A stretch of 64,000 nt of DNA from an uncultured Nitrospirota bacterium. GTDB lineage: Bacteria; CG2-30-53-67. This document shows, piece by piece, positions 48,451 through 61,507 of the stretch. Positions within the stretch are counted from its first letter, which is position 1. Every line of letters begins with the position of its first letter. The notes under the pieces are model-generated. The model saw only the letters and a list, made by a program, of their open reading frames with translations, ran no database searches and was not told the origin of the DNA. The stretch spans positions 10,275 through 74,274 of the forward strand of contig CAYZZU010000012.1 of the NCBI GenBank assembly GCA_964483105.1, read 5' to 3'. Both the position numbers and the translations under genes were made by a program.

Positions 48451-50715
48451 TTGATGAAGCCGTCAGGGTCTGGAATCCTGAGGGATCCCATGGGAAAACC
48501 GGATGACAACAACATGAAAAAAACCTCCAATCACCACCGATTTCGACGGGGCCTGTTGATTTTCCTGGGCGGAACGGTTCTGATGGGGATTTTCTCTCTT
48601 CTCTGGCGGGTTCTGAGCGATACGGGAGAGATCCGCTTTCCTGTCTCCGATTATCTTCTTCTGTTCGCGTTGGGGGTTCTGATTACGGCCCTGTCTCTCA
48701 CCCTGATCCTCATGGTTTTCCGGATTCTGATCAAATACTATTTCGAGGGGAGGAAGACCCCGCCCCGGGCCCGGATCAAAACCAAACTGATCGTTGCTTT
48801 CATCGGTTTTTCCGTGATTCCTTCGATCCTTCTTTTTACCACGGCCAGCCTCCTGATTATTACAAGTATTGATAACTGGTTTAACGAGAAGGTTGAAAAC
48901 TCCTTGAAGGAGTCGATGGATGTGGCCCGGGTCTACAACAGGAATTCGGAGTTGAACGCCCTCTATTACGGTCGGCAGATCAGCGCACGGATCACGGAAG
49001 AAAAGCTTTTGAACGAGAGCAATCTGATCCGTCTTTCCGAGTTGATCCAGCAGAAACAGAAGGAGTACAATCTTGGGGTGGTTGAGATCTTCTCGGCTAC
49101 CCGGGAAGAACTTGTGACCGCCATGAATCCTGAGGTTCCATCCAAGACCTTTGTGGGCCCCCGGGCGGAAATCATCGAGAAGGGGCTCAACGGCAGGGAG
49201 GTGACCGAGAGCGAACCCGCGGGGGAGGGGGAGATCATCCGGGGCGTGGTTCCGGTCCTCTCTTCCTGGAACCACAAGGATGTGGTCGGGGTGATTGTGG
49301 TCAACTATTATGTGCAGAAAAGCCTGACCACCAAGATGGTGAATATCACCCGGGCTTTCAACGAATACCGGGACCAGGCGATGTTGAAGAATCCGATCAA
49401 GGGGATCTACATCATGTTTCTTCTTCTGGTGACCCTGGTGATCGTATTTTCCGCGACCTGGGTAGGTCTCTATCAGGCGAGAAAAATCACGATTCCGATT
49501 CAGAACCTGACATCCGCGACCCACAGGATTGCCGAGGGGGATCTCGATTTTGTCATCGATGTGGAGGCCAAGGATGAAGTGGGACTTCTCGTGGACTCCT
49601 TCAACCAGATGATGAGCGATCTGAAAGCGAGCAAGGAAAATCTGGAGAGGACCAATATTGAACTGAAGGCCTCCAACCGGGAACTCGACCGGAGGCGGAG
49701 CTACATTGAGACCATTCTGCAGAACATCGATACGGGAGTGATTTCCATCGACTGGGAGGGACGGATCACCACCATCAATCAGGCTGCGGAACGGATGCTT
49801 GGGGTCCGGATGTATGAGGCGAGGGGGAAGGGGTATCAGCAGGTTCTGAAATTTCCCAAATTGCTGGAGTGCATCGGGGTTGTGACTTTGGAGCATCGCA
49901 AGAGCTTCGGACGGGAATTTCAGTTGGCCGCCGAAGGGAGAACTCTTTTTGTCAAGATTCAAGTGACTGCCCTGGAGGATGATCGGGAGAATTATCTGGG
50001 TGCCGTTGTGGTTCTGGATGATTTTACCGATCTGGCCAAGGTCCAGAAAGTGGCGGCCTGGCGGGAAGTGGCCCGCAGAATCGCTCATGAGATCAAGAAT
50101 CCCCTGACACCGATCCAGCTTTCGGCTCAGCGTCTTCGCCGGAAACAGGAAAAAAACGCCCCGGATCTTCACGCCGTCCTGTTGGAATGTACGTCCACCA
50201 TCATCCATGAGGTGGAGGGGCTGAAGAGATTGGTCAACGAGTTTTCCCAGTTCGCGAAGATGCCGGATGCGCAACCCTCGCCCAACGATCTTCATGAGAT
50301 TGTCTCCGAGGTTTGCACTCTCTACGAAGGGCACAAGGGAATTTCGATCCTGCGGGATCTGGACGAACGTCTGCCGGTACTGAATATCGATCGGGAGCAG
50401 ATCCGGAGGGTGTTGCTCAATCTTCTGGAAAACGCCGTCGCGGCCATGGAGGGCCGGGGAACCATCCAGGTCCTGACACACTTCAATGAAGAACTGAAGA
50501 TCGCGACCCTGGAAATCCGTGATGAGGGGGCGGGGATCCGCGCGGAGGACCGGGAGAAGCTTTTCCTGCCTTATTTTTCAAGGAAGAAAGCCGGAACGGG
50601 CCTCGGCTTGGCGATCGTGGACCGGATTATCAAGGACCATGGCGGATATATCCGCGTGAAGGACAACCATCCAAAAGGTACCATCTTCGTGATAGAACTC
50701 CCGACCGTGGCGTGA
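48451..50715 (+). CDS. sensor histidine kinase, NtrY-like architecture (3 TM-periplasmic domain-TM-HAMP-PAS-HisKA-HATPase)
   Basis: TM topology plus HAMP, PAS, HEIKNPL H-box and HATPase. The start may be the internal MKKTSNHH codon. Confidence 0.65.
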   Translation: MMKPSGSGILRDPMGKPDDNNMKKTSNHHRFRRGLLIFLGGTVLMGIFSLLWRVLSDTGEIRFPVSDYLLLFALGVLITALSLTLILMVFRILIKYYFEGRKTPPRARIKTKLIVAFIGFSVIPSILLFTTASLLIITSIDNWFNEKVENSLKESMDVARVYNRNSELNALYYGRQISARITEEKLLNESNLIRLSELIQQKQKEYNLGVVEIFSATREELVTAMNPEVPSKTFVGPRAEIIEKGLNGREVTESEPAGEGEIIRGVVPVLSSWNHKDVVGVIVVNYYVQKSLTTKMVNITRAFNEYRDQAMLKNPIKGIYIMFLLLVTLVIVFSATWVGLYQARKITIPIQNLTSATHRIAEGDLDFVIDVEAKDEVGLLVDSFNQMMSDLKASKENLERTNIELKASNRELDRRRSYIETILQNIDTGVISIDWEGRITTINQAAERMLGVRMYEARGKGYQQVLKFPKLLECIGVVTLEHRKSFGREFQLAAEGRTLFVKIQVTALEDDRENYLGAVVVLDDFTDLAKVQKVAAWREVARRIAHEIKNPLTPIQLSAQRLRRKQEKNAPDLHAVLLECTSTIIHEVEGLKRLVNEFSQFAKMPDAQPSPNDLHEIVSEVCTLYEGHKGISILRDLDERLPVLNIDREQIRRVLLNLLENAVAAMEGRGTIQVLTHFNEELKIATLEIRDEGAGIRAEDREKLFLPYFSRKKAGTGLGLAIVDRIIKDHGGYIRVKDNHPKGTIFVIELPTVA

Positions 50716-50728
50716 AAGGATATTCGAG

Positions 50729-52093
50729 ATGGCTGCAAGGATCCTGGTGGTCGATGATGAAGCAAGAATCGTAAAAACCCTGACCGATGTTTTGCAGGAT
50801 GAGGGGTTTGAAGTCTTTTCCGTGGAGTCCGGGGAGGAGGCACTCCGGATATTCCACCAGGTTTCTCCGGAGGTCACGCTTCTGGATGTCTGGCTCGAGG
50901 GGATCGACGGGATCGAGGTTCTCCGGGAAATCCGACGGGAAGCTCCGGACGCCCTGGTGATCATGATGTCCGGGCACGGCACCATTGAAACGGCCGTGCG
51001 AGCCACCAAGTTTGGTGCCTATGATTTTATTGAAAAACCTCTTTCCGTCGATAAACTGGTGATTGTGATCCGGAACGCCCTCGAGAAGAGGCGGCTGAAA
51101 GAAGAGAATCGCAATCTTCGGAAGAAGCTGGATCAGGGATACGAAATCATCGGCAAATCCTCCGTCATCCGGGAGCTTAAGAGACAGATTGAAATTGCCG
51201 GTCCCAGTAATGGGCGGGTCCTTATTTCCGGTGAAAACGGGACCGGAAAGGAACTGATCGCCCGTCAAATTCATTTTCAAAGCGCCCGCTCGGAACGACC
51301 CTTCGTCGAGGTCAACTGCGCGGCGATTCCACAGGATCTGATCGAATCGGAACTGTTCGGTCACGAGAGGGGTTCTTTTTCCGGCGCCATCCGGTTACGG
51401 AAAGGGAAATTTGAACTGGCGGATCAGGGAACCCTGTTCCTCGACGAGATCGGGGACATGAGTTTGGCGACCCAGGCGAAGGTGCTTCGCGTCCTGCAGG
51501 AGCAGACCGTGCAGAGGGTGGGCGGCACGGGGCCCATCGCGGTGGATGTTCGGGTTATCGCTGCTTCGAACAAGAAACTCGAGGATGAAATCCGGGAAGG
51601 GCGCTTTCGGGAGGATCTCTTCTACCGTCTGAACGTGATTCCCTTTTATGTTTCTCCTCTCCGTGAAAGGCGGGAAGATATTCCGGTTCTGGTGGAACAT
51701 TTCATCGAGGAATATGCCGGGAGGAACGGGACCAAACCGAAGCGGATCCTGCCGGAAGGAATGGCCCTGCTCATGGAGTACGACTGGCCCGGGAATGTCC
51801 GGGAACTCAAGAACATTGTCGAACGGATCATGATCATGGTCCAGAAAGAGGTCATCGGACCGGACGAGATTCCCCTTGTGGCGCCCGTCGGTGTTCGGGA
51901 AAGGACCGGAGTATGGCCTTACAGCGGAAGTCTCCGTGAAGCGAGGCGTCAGTTTGAGGGGGACTATATCCGCCGGAAACTGAAGGAAAACGGCTGGAAC
52001 ATTTCCAGAACCGCGAAGGTGCTTCAGATCGAACGGAGCAATCTCCATCGCAAGATCAGGAGCCTCGGTTTGGAAGAAGACCGGAAGTCGTGA
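50729..52093 (+). CDS. sigma-54-dependent response regulator, NtrX-like
   Basis: REC + AAA+ (GENGTGKE, GAFSGA variant) + HTH, 454 aa. Confidence 0.7.
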   Translation: MAARILVVDDEARIVKTLTDVLQDEGFEVFSVESGEEALRIFHQVSPEVTLLDVWLEGIDGIEVLREIRREAPDALVIMMSGHGTIETAVRATKFGAYDFIEKPLSVDKLVIVIRNALEKRRLKEENRNLRKKLDQGYEIIGKSSVIRELKRQIEIAGPSNGRVLISGENGTGKELIARQIHFQSARSERPFVEVNCAAIPQDLIESELFGHERGSFSGAIRLRKGKFELADQGTLFLDEIGDMSLATQAKVLRVLQEQTVQRVGGTGPIAVDVRVIAASNKKLEDEIREGRFREDLFYRLNVIPFYVSPLRERREDIPVLVEHFIEEYAGRNGTKPKRILPEGMALLMEYDWPGNVRELKNIVERIMIMVQKEVIGPDEIPLVAPVGVRERTGVWPYSGSLREARRQFEGDYIRRKLKENGWNISRTAKVLQIERSNLHRKIRSLGLEEDRKS

Positions 52094-52161
52094 TGATATC
52101 CGGGAGGTTGTTTCTTCCCCGGACATGGCTTCCTTGGCGCCGGTTTCAGGACCCCTGTTTT

Positions 52162-53274
52162 TTACCGGCAGGGCACTTCTTCGGGGAGAGGAACTTCACG
52201 GGTCAGTTCGCTGATCAGGTCCCGGACGTGGACGAGTTTTTTGATTTTCCATCCGTTGCTTCCGGAGAAGAAGAGACCGGTATTGATTTTCCCCCGCACG
52301 GCGTCGCTCAACCGGTCCGAGATACAATAACCGACCTGGCGGGATTTTTCTCCATGATTGCAGGGGACGATACAGCCTGAGATGCAACGGATCTCCGGGG
52401 CTTTCCCTTCCTGCATCGCATGGTGGAGAGGTGAGAAGACGCCTCGGGCGGGATATCCCACCGGAGATTTCATCAGGAAGATATCTTCCTTGCGCGCGTT
52501 TAGAAGCACTTGCTTGAACTCGGGGGATGCGTCGCACTCGAAGGTGCCGATAAACCGGGTGGCCATCTGGACCCCTGCGGCACCCATCCTGATAAATCGT
52601 TCAATGTCCGTCCGATCCCAGATCCCCCCAGCCGTAATGATGGGAAATCCTCCCCATCTTTCGGCTTCCTGCAGAACCTGCGGGAAAAGGTGCTCCAGCT
52701 TGTATTCGGCTGCGCCGCATTGTGCCAGGGTGAACCCCTGATGTCCCCCCGATTCCGGCCCTTCCAGTACCACCGCGTCGGGGAGACGATTGTAACGGTG
52801 CAACCAGCTCTTGCAGATAATCTTTAAGACTCGTGCCGATGAAACGATCGGGACCAGGGCTACATCGGAGTCGCCCACATATTCGGGGAGCTTCAGAGGA
52901 ATGCCCGCCCCGGTGATGATCAGGTCGGCTCCGGCATCCACTGCGTCCCGGACTACTCTGGGGTATTCATGGATGCAGTGCAGGATGTTGACCCCGATCG
53001 CTCCATTCCCCTCCGCGATCTCCTTGGCATGTTTCACGATACGGATCAGGGATTCACGGTGGTGCAGGTTTTTGGCGCTGACCGGGCGGCCCTGAAAGGT
53101 TTTGACGAATTCGGGGTAACGATAGCCGGTACAGACCCCGGAAATGATACCGATACATCCGTTTTTGGCGACATTCCCCGCAAGACGATCCCAGGAAATC
53201 CCGACCCCCATTCCTCCCTGAATGATCGGGTGAGGCACAGAGATATTCTTGATCTTCAATGACGGCAGCTTCAA
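52162..53274 (-). CDS. nitronate monooxygenase / 2-nitropropane dioxygenase family FMN TIM-barrel protein
   Basis: IIQGGMGVGIS N-terminal NMO motif, 370 aa. Confidence 0.7.
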   Translation of the reverse strand: MKLPSLKIKNISVPHPIIQGGMGVGISWDRLAGNVAKNGCIGIISGVCTGYRYPEFVKTFQGRPVSAKNLHHRESLIRIVKHAKEIAEGNGAIGVNILHCIHEYPRVVRDAVDAGADLIITGAGIPLKLPEYVGDSDVALVPIVSSARVLKIICKSWLHRYNRLPDAVVLEGPESGGHQGFTLAQCGAAEYKLEHLFPQVLQEAERWGGFPIITAGGIWDRTDIERFIRMGAAGVQMATRFIGTFECDASPEFKQVLLNARKEDIFLMKSPVGYPARGVFSPLHHAMQEGKAPEIRCISGCIVPCNHGEKSRQVGYCISDRLSDAVRGKINTGLFFSGSNGWKIKKLVHVRDLISELTREVPLPEEVPCR

Positions 53275-53544
53275 CGATACTCCTGTCTGATGATTGGAGA
53301 CCCGCAGGTCTGTGGCGCGAAGTCGCTGGATAGGATCCGGTACGGGGGTTCGTCGATTATGATGCGATTCAGAAACCTGATTTCGATTATTCTCCGATCA
53401 CGATTCCATGATTGGGGGGTAGGTGGATGCTCTTTACCCCCCACAACATTTTCTTATACAATAGCACAAATGATTCATCGGATCAACTGGAATTCAATCG
53501 ACCAGTCGGAGTTCCGGTTTTCAGGCGAATTCGGTCTGTGTGAC

Positions 53545-53573
53545 TTGGCGCATTGCTTCCGATACGTTATACT
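53545..53573 (+). promoter_or_regulatory. putative sigma-70 promoter for the NUDIX gene (TTGGCG-17-TATACT)
   Basis: Good -10 TATACT, a 4/6 -35 match and correct spacing. Located ~30 nt upstream of the SD GGAGGCGG and the ATG at 53606. Confidence 0.3.
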
Positions 53574-53605
53574 GCTCTTGCAAAAAAAAGATTGGAGGCG
53601 GAAAT

Positions 53606-54013
53606 ATGAAAAAAAGGCCGAGAAATCCTTGCCCTACCGTAGACCTGATTATTCAGGTGAATCAACAGGGGATCGTGTTGATTCAACGTAAAAATCCTCC
53701 CCACGGCTGGGCTCTGCCCGGTGGTTTTGTCGATTACGGTGAATCACTGGAAGAGGCGGCGGTCCGTGAGGCCAGGGAAGAGACCTCCCTGGAGGTGACT
53801 CTGATCCGGCAGTTCCATACCTATTCCGATCCGGCCCGGGATGCCCGGCAGCACAATATCTCCACCGTCTTTATCTCAAAGGCCGAAGGGGTGCCCAAGG
53901 CCGGCGACGATGCCGCCGATGTGGGGATCTTTACGGAAGAGACCCTGCCGGAGAATCTGGCCTTCGATCATGGGCGGATTCTGGAGGATTATTTTCGGGG
54001 GCGTTACACGTAG
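53606..54013 (+). CDS. NUDIX hydrolase
   Basis: Nudix box [26 protein letters not shown]. Start at the ATG with SD, internal to the longer ORF from 53540. Confidence 0.7.
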   Translation: MKKRPRNPCPTVDLIIQVNQQGIVLIQRKNPPHGWALPGGFVDYGESLEEAAVREAREETSLEVTLIRQFHTYSDPARDARQHNISTVFISKAEGVPKAGDDAADVGIFTEETLPENLAFDHGRILEDYFRGRYT

Positions 54014-54035
54014 AAACGGCAGCGACTTGAAAAGC

Positions 54036-55367
54036 ATGGGAAATACCTCGAAACTCCGCAGGGATGCCGAAGAGATCTTTGCGGCATCCCTGGCAGCCGT
54101 CGATTCGGAACGGCTGGTCCGGAATCGGTTGAAGGTGGAAGGATCGTATCTGTCCGTGGATTCACACTGCTTCGATCTGGACGGGTTCGACCGGATCTTT
54201 GTGATCGGAGCCGGCAAGGGATCGGGTGCCATGGCGTTGGGGGTGGAGAGTGTACTCGGCGGGAGAATCGAAGAGGGGATCGTGGTGGTCAAATATGGTC
54301 ATGCCGTTCCGCTGAAAAAAATCCGGACGATCGAGGCAGGCCATCCCGTTCCGGATCGGAAGAGCATTGAGGGTGGCAGGAAGATCCTGAATCTCCTTTC
54401 CGGGACAGGGGAAAGGGATCTTGTGATCTGCCTCCTCTCCGGCGGTGGATCCGCGCTGATGGATGATTTCCCCGGGGAAATCCGGCTTGCGGATGTACAA
54501 GATGCGACCCGGATTTTGCTGGCCGCCGGGGCCGATATCTCGGAGATGAATACCGTCCGGAAGCATCTCTCCCGGATCAAGGGGGGGCAACTGGTGAAAC
54601 AGGCCTTCCCTTCCACACTGTTAACCCTGGTTCTGTCCGACGTGATCGGTGACGATCTCGACAAGATCGCTTCCGGACCAACGGCTCCGGATCCAACCAC
54701 CTTTTCGCAATCCCTGGAGGTTCTGAATCGATACGGGTTGATCCACAGGTTTCCTCAGAGGATCCTGGATCATCTGAGGGCAGGACTTTCGGGGCGGTTG
54801 CCGGAAACCCCGAAGCCGGGGAGTGATGTTTTCAAAGCGGTTGTGAATGTCATTGTGGGAAACAATCGGATGGCCCTGGCTGCGGCGGAGGTCCGGGCCG
54901 AAGAACTCGAATACCACCCCCTGATTCTTACGTCGTCCCTCCAGGGGGAAGCCGGTCAGGTCGCCAAATGCCTGTCGGCTGTAGCCCGGGAGGTCTCCGG
55001 GTATGGCCGTCCCGTGCCAAAGCCGGCTTGTCTCCTTGCCGGCGGGGAAACCACGGTGACACTCACGGGGAAGGGGCGTGGCGGACGGAATCAGGAGATG
55101 GCCCTGATCATGGCCCTTGAATTGGAGGGCCTGGATGGAATCGTCTTTTTAAGCGGAGGTACGGACGGCACCGACGGACCGACGGACGCTGCCGGCGGAA
55201 TTGTGGATGGGAGAACCTGCGCTGAAGCCCTGAAACAATCCGTCGATATCCGAGCCATGCTGCGGGAAAATGATTCTTACCGCTTTTTTGAAAAAATGGG
55301 GGGACATCTCATGACCGGTCCCACCCTGACGAATGTCATGGACATCATGCTTTTTCTGATTGTTTGA
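54036..55367 (+). CDS. glycerate 2-kinase / hydroxypyruvate reductase-associated kinase (MOFRL/DUF4147 family)
   Basis: GAGKGSGAMA and SGGGSAL motifs of the TtuD/GckA family. Start taken after the NUDIX stop, because the longer ORF from 53841 overlaps NUDIX out of frame. Confidence 0.7.
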   Translation: MGNTSKLRRDAEEIFAASLAAVDSERLVRNRLKVEGSYLSVDSHCFDLDGFDRIFVIGAGKGSGAMALGVESVLGGRIEEGIVVVKYGHAVPLKKIRTIEAGHPVPDRKSIEGGRKILNLLSGTGERDLVICLLSGGGSALMDDFPGEIRLADVQDATRILLAAGADISEMNTVRKHLSRIKGGQLVKQAFPSTLLTLVLSDVIGDDLDKIASGPTAPDPTTFSQSLEVLNRYGLIHRFPQRILDHLRAGLSGRLPETPKPGSDVFKAVVNVIVGNNRMALAAAEVRAEELEYHPLILTSSLQGEAGQVAKCLSAVAREVSGYGRPVPKPACLLAGGETTVTLTGKGRGGRNQEMALIMALELEGLDGIVFLSGGTDGTDGPTDAAGGIVDGRTCAEALKQSVDIRAMLRENDSYRFFEKMGGHLMTGPTLTNVMDIMLFLIV

Positions 55368-55407
55368 CCTTAGAATATCTGTTTTCTACATTTTTTTTTC
55401 AAACTTC

Positions 55408-55436
55408 TTGACACCCAATTTCAAATATGCTAATTT
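55408..55436 (+). promoter_or_regulatory. putative sigma-70 promoter of the atp operon (TTGACA-17-TAATTT)
   Basis: Consensus -35 with 17-nt spacing upstream of atpF'. Preceded by a T-tract. Confidence 0.4.
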
Positions 55437-55524
55437 CCCCATGCTTTTGATTCGGTACCCTTTGCGATTCTCCCCGAATTGCAGGAGGAACCGGCTTTAT
55501 ATCAGTCATTTGAGGATACCGTCC

Positions 55525-55956
55525 GTGATTGAACTTTCCCCGAATCTGATCATACCAGCGGTACTGTTTGTTCTGATCCTGATGTGGATCTTAAACCGGG
55601 TGCTTTATCGCCCCCTGCTTTCTATCCTGGACGATCGGAAGACCATTGTTGAAGGGGCGGCGCGGGACGCCCAAAAGGCCGAGCAGGGGATTGATTCCCT
55701 TCAGAGAGATTATGACCAGGCCATGCAGGAGGCCAGAAGGGATGCCAAGCGGATCTACAACCAGGCCTACGAAGCGGCCCTCGCGTCGGAAAAGGAGATC
55801 CTCTCTAACGCTCAGAAACGAAGCGGGGATGCCATGGAGAAGGCCATGGCCGACCTGGAAAAGAGTATCGATTCCGCGAAGGAGGAACTGGCCTCACGTG
55901 CGGAAACTCTTTCTTACGACATCTGTTCAAAAATATTGGGAAGGTCAGTTCAATGA
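55525..55956 (+). CDS. atpF2: F0F1 ATP synthase subunit b'
   Basis: Single N-terminal TM followed by a long coiled coil, lying just before the second b subunit. GTG start with SD GAGGA. The ORF track extends to 55360. Confidence 0.6.
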   Translation: MIELSPNLIIPAVLFVLILMWILNRVLYRPLLSILDDRKTIVEGAARDAQKAEQGIDSLQRDYDQAMQEARRDAKRIYNQAYEAALASEKEILSNAQKRSGDAMEKAMADLEKSIDSAKEELASRAETLSYDICSKILGRSVQ

Positions 55957-56561
55957 TCCGTCGGATTCGTGTTCTCCGGGTTGTCAGCGGTTTGTGTCGT
56001 ATTCTGCCGTTTTTTTATCTTCTTCTCGGAACGGTGAGCAGTGTACTGGCAGCCGCCGGGGAAGGGGCGCGCGAGGAAGTGACACCCATCTTTTCATCGG
56101 ATATGCTCTTCCGGGGGATCAATTTTATCATCCTGGTTGTGGTTCTCTATAAATTTCTTTCGAATCCGTTCCGGACCTTTTTCGCGAACCGTCGGGAACA
56201 GATACTGAATTCTCTGGATGAAGCACGGAAAAGTAAGGAAGAGGCGGAAACGAGATACAGCGAGCTTTCCCGGAAGCTTGCAAACCGGGATCAGGAGTTT
56301 GAAGAGATTCGAAGGGTAGCGTCCGAGAATGCGGAAAAGATTCAGGAAAGGATTTTGACCGAGGCGCGGGAAAAGGCGAGAAGACTGGAAGAGAAGGTCC
56401 AGGAATCGATTCGGCAGGAAGTGGAGAATGCCAGGGAACTTTTGAAACGGGAAGCGGTGGATCTGGCCCTTCGGCTTTCGGAGGAACGGCTCAAGAAAGA
56501 GATTACCTCAAAGGACCACCGGCAATTTCTGGACCAGTATCTCGCGGGGTTGAAGGAGTAA
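55953..56561 (+). CDS. atpF: F0F1 ATP synthase subunit b
   Basis: N-terminal TM and a charged coiled-coil region, 202 aa. Overlaps the previous stop. Confidence 0.75.
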   Translation: MIRRIRVLRVVSGLCRILPFFYLLLGTVSSVLAAAGEGAREEVTPIFSSDMLFRGINFIILVVVLYKFLSNPFRTFFANRREQILNSLDEARKSKEEAETRYSELSRKLANRDQEFEEIRRVASENAEKIQERILTEAREKARRLEEKVQESIRQEVENARELLKREAVDLALRLSEERLKKEITSKDHRQFLDQYLAGLKE

Positions 56562-56573
56562 AGGAGTCCGGTT

Positions 56574-57116
56574 GTGAGCGGCAGTGTGGTGAGTAGACGA
56601 TATGCGAAGGCCCTGATCGATCTGGCGGTGGAACAGGAGATTGTGGATCCTGTCCGGGAAAGTTTTCGGAAGACGGTCGGGGCCGTTACGGAGAACCGGA
56701 AGATCAGACACTTCTTTTTTAACCCCGTGAACAAAATTGAAGACAAACGTAAACTTCTGGAACGGGTTATGGAAGAGATGGAAATCAGCGGTCTTTTGAA
56801 GAACTTTCTGCTTCTCCTCTTGAAGAAGGACCGGTTTCCGATGATGGGAGAAATTTACAGGGAGTATGTGCATCTTGCGGATTTGTTGAATCATCGCGCG
56901 AAGGCCGAGGTCACAACGGCCGTTTCTCTGGACCGGGGAGATCTTAAAAGGTTGAAAGCCAGACTGGAAACCCTGACCGGGAAGAATGTTTACCTGAAGG
57001 TTCGGCAGGATCCTTCCCTGATTGCCGGAATCATCACAAAGATTGGAAGTGTCGTCTACGATGGGAGTGTCAAGTCCCGGATCGCGAAACTGAAGGATCA
57101 AATCGTAAAGGGGTAG
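56574..57116 (+). CDS. atpH: F0F1 ATP synthase subunit delta (OSCP)
   Basis: OSCP family, 180 aa, positioned between b and alpha. Confidence 0.85.
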   Translation: MSGSVVSRRYAKALIDLAVEQEIVDPVRESFRKTVGAVTENRKIRHFFFNPVNKIEDKRKLLERVMEEMEISGLLKNFLLLLLKKDRFPMMGEIYREYVHLADLLNHRAKAEVTTAVSLDRGDLKRLKARLETLTGKNVYLKVRQDPSLIAGIITKIGSVVYDGSVKSRIAKLKDQIVKG

Positions 57117-58628
<1,512 letters not shown>

Positions 58629-58645
58629 TTTCGGGATAAAACAAG

Positions 58646-59509
58646 ATGGCGAGTCTACGAGATATCCGGAGGCGGATTGCCTCGGTCGGGAATACGCAGC
58701 AGATCACCAAGGCCATGAAAATGGTGGCTGCCGCCAAGCTGAGAAAGTCCCAGGAAGCCATTCTGTCGGCGCGGCCCTACGCACAGAAGATGTACAGGGT
58801 GCTCTCCAGCCTGGCCGCCCGGGTGGAAAAAGAAGCGCATCCTCTTCTCCGTGTCCGGGAGGAGGATCGAACGGGAGTTCTTGTCATCACCTCGGACCGG
58901 GGCCTCTGCGGGGGATTCAATGCCAACATCTCCCGTCAGGCTCTCCACTTCATTCAGGAGCAGGAGGAGAACCGGAGCGAGGTCCATCTCTACACTGTAG
59001 GGAAAAAAGGGCGGGGGTTTTTCAAAAGCCGTCACATCGCCATGGAAAAGTCCTACACCGAGTTTTCCGGGAAGATCGATTATGGAAAAGCCTCGATCAT
59101 CGCGGCGGACCTGATCAACCCCTTCGAGCGGGAAGATCTGGACGTGATCTACCTGATTTACAATGAATTCAAATCAGCGATCTCCCAGAAGGTTGTGGTG
59201 GAGCGTCTTCTGCCGGTCAAACCCCTTGAAATCACCGGGATGATGAATCCCGTTGATTATCTGTATGAACCCTCCGAGGAAGAGGTGCTGAGAAAGATTG
59301 TTCCGCAGTACGTGGAGACCCAGATATACCGGGCGTTGCTTGAATCGGAGGCGAGTGAACAGGGGGCCAGGATGACGGCCATGGATGCGGCCACCAACAA
59401 TGCCGCCGACCTGATCCACAGGCTGACCCTCACCATGAACAAGGCAAGACAGGCCCAGATCACCAAGGAGATTTCGGAGATCGTGGGAGGCGCCGAGGCG
59501 CTGAAATAA
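58646..59509 (+). CDS. atpG: F0F1 ATP synthase subunit gamma
   Basis: 287 aa with conserved gamma N- and C-terminal helices. Confidence 0.9.
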   Translation: MASLRDIRRRIASVGNTQQITKAMKMVAAAKLRKSQEAILSARPYAQKMYRVLSSLAARVEKEAHPLLRVREEDRTGVLVITSDRGLCGGFNANISRQALHFIQEQEENRSEVHLYTVGKKGRGFFKSRHIAMEKSYTEFSGKIDYGKASIIAADLINPFEREDLDVIYLIYNEFKSAISQKVVVERLLPVKPLEITGMMNPVDYLYEPSEEEVLRKIVPQYVETQIYRALLESEASEQGARMTAMDAATNNAADLIHRLTLTMNKARQAQITKEISEIVGGAEALK

Positions 59510-59559
59510 ACCGGCCTGCCTGTGCGTGCCCGCAGACAGGTGAACCATACAGGGGATGA

Positions 59560-60966
<1,407 letters not shown>

Positions 60967-61033
60967 CCCGGCAGGAAAAGCGACGTAATGGGATTTTCCC
61001 CGTTATCCGGATGACCGAAAACAGGATGATCGA

Positions 61034-61444
61034 ATGGCGGAAAAGTTACTCTTTGAAATTGTAACCCCGGAGCGATTGATTTTTTCCGAAGAAGTGGATG
61101 AGGTCACTGTTCCGGGTGCTGAAGGTGAGTTTGGTGTCCTGCCGGGACATGTTCCCTTTTTGAGCGCCCTTCAGATCGGGAAGTTGGCGCTGAAACAGGG
61201 GGGGCGGGAGCATGTTTTTGCCGTGAGTGGTGGTTTTGTCGAAGTCCATGAGGATCACGTGATTCTTCTGGCCGAGTCGGCGGAGCGGTCCGACGAAATC
61301 GATATGGAACGCACCCTGAATGCGAAAAGCCGGGCAGAGCAGGTTTTAAAGGAGATCAGCGATCCCACTGATCCGGGATATGTTGAAGCGGATCAACGTT
61401 TGAGGCGCGCCCTGAATCGGGAATCGGTGGCCAAGGGTTCCTGA
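61034..61444 (+). CDS. atpC: F0F1 ATP synthase subunit epsilon
   Basis: 136 aa with an N-terminal beta-sandwich and a C-terminal helical hairpin. Confidence 0.85.
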   Translation: MAEKLLFEIVTPERLIFSEEVDEVTVPGAEGEFGVLPGHVPFLSALQIGKLALKQGGREHVFAVSGGFVEVHEDHVILLAESAERSDEIDMERTLNAKSRAEQVLKEISDPTDPGYVEADQRLRRALNRESVAKGS

Positions 61445-61507
61445 TTGTGCAGGGGTAGTAAGGTTTCTGAAGTTCCTGCGTGCTCAGAGCAGGAGAAATA
61501 ATCCCCG

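Noticed and set aside
48451-50715. Assigning this kinase as PrsK (PEP-CTERM system kinase)
   Set aside because: PrsK has an N-terminal block of ~8 TM helices. This protein instead has the 3TM-periplasmic-TM-HAMP-PAS layout of NtrY-type kinases.
53545-53560. Possible sigma-54 promoter cTTGGCGCattgcTTCC upstream of the NUDIX gene
   Set aside because: GC of the -12 element is not at the correct distance from GG. It was reinterpreted as a sigma-70 -35/-10 pair (TTGGCG-17-TATACT).
61474-61494. Hairpin TCCTGC-gtgctcaga-GCAGGA between convergent atpC and the DEAD-box helicase as an intrinsic terminator
   Set aside because: The stem is short with no downstream T-tract on either strand. It is too weak to call.
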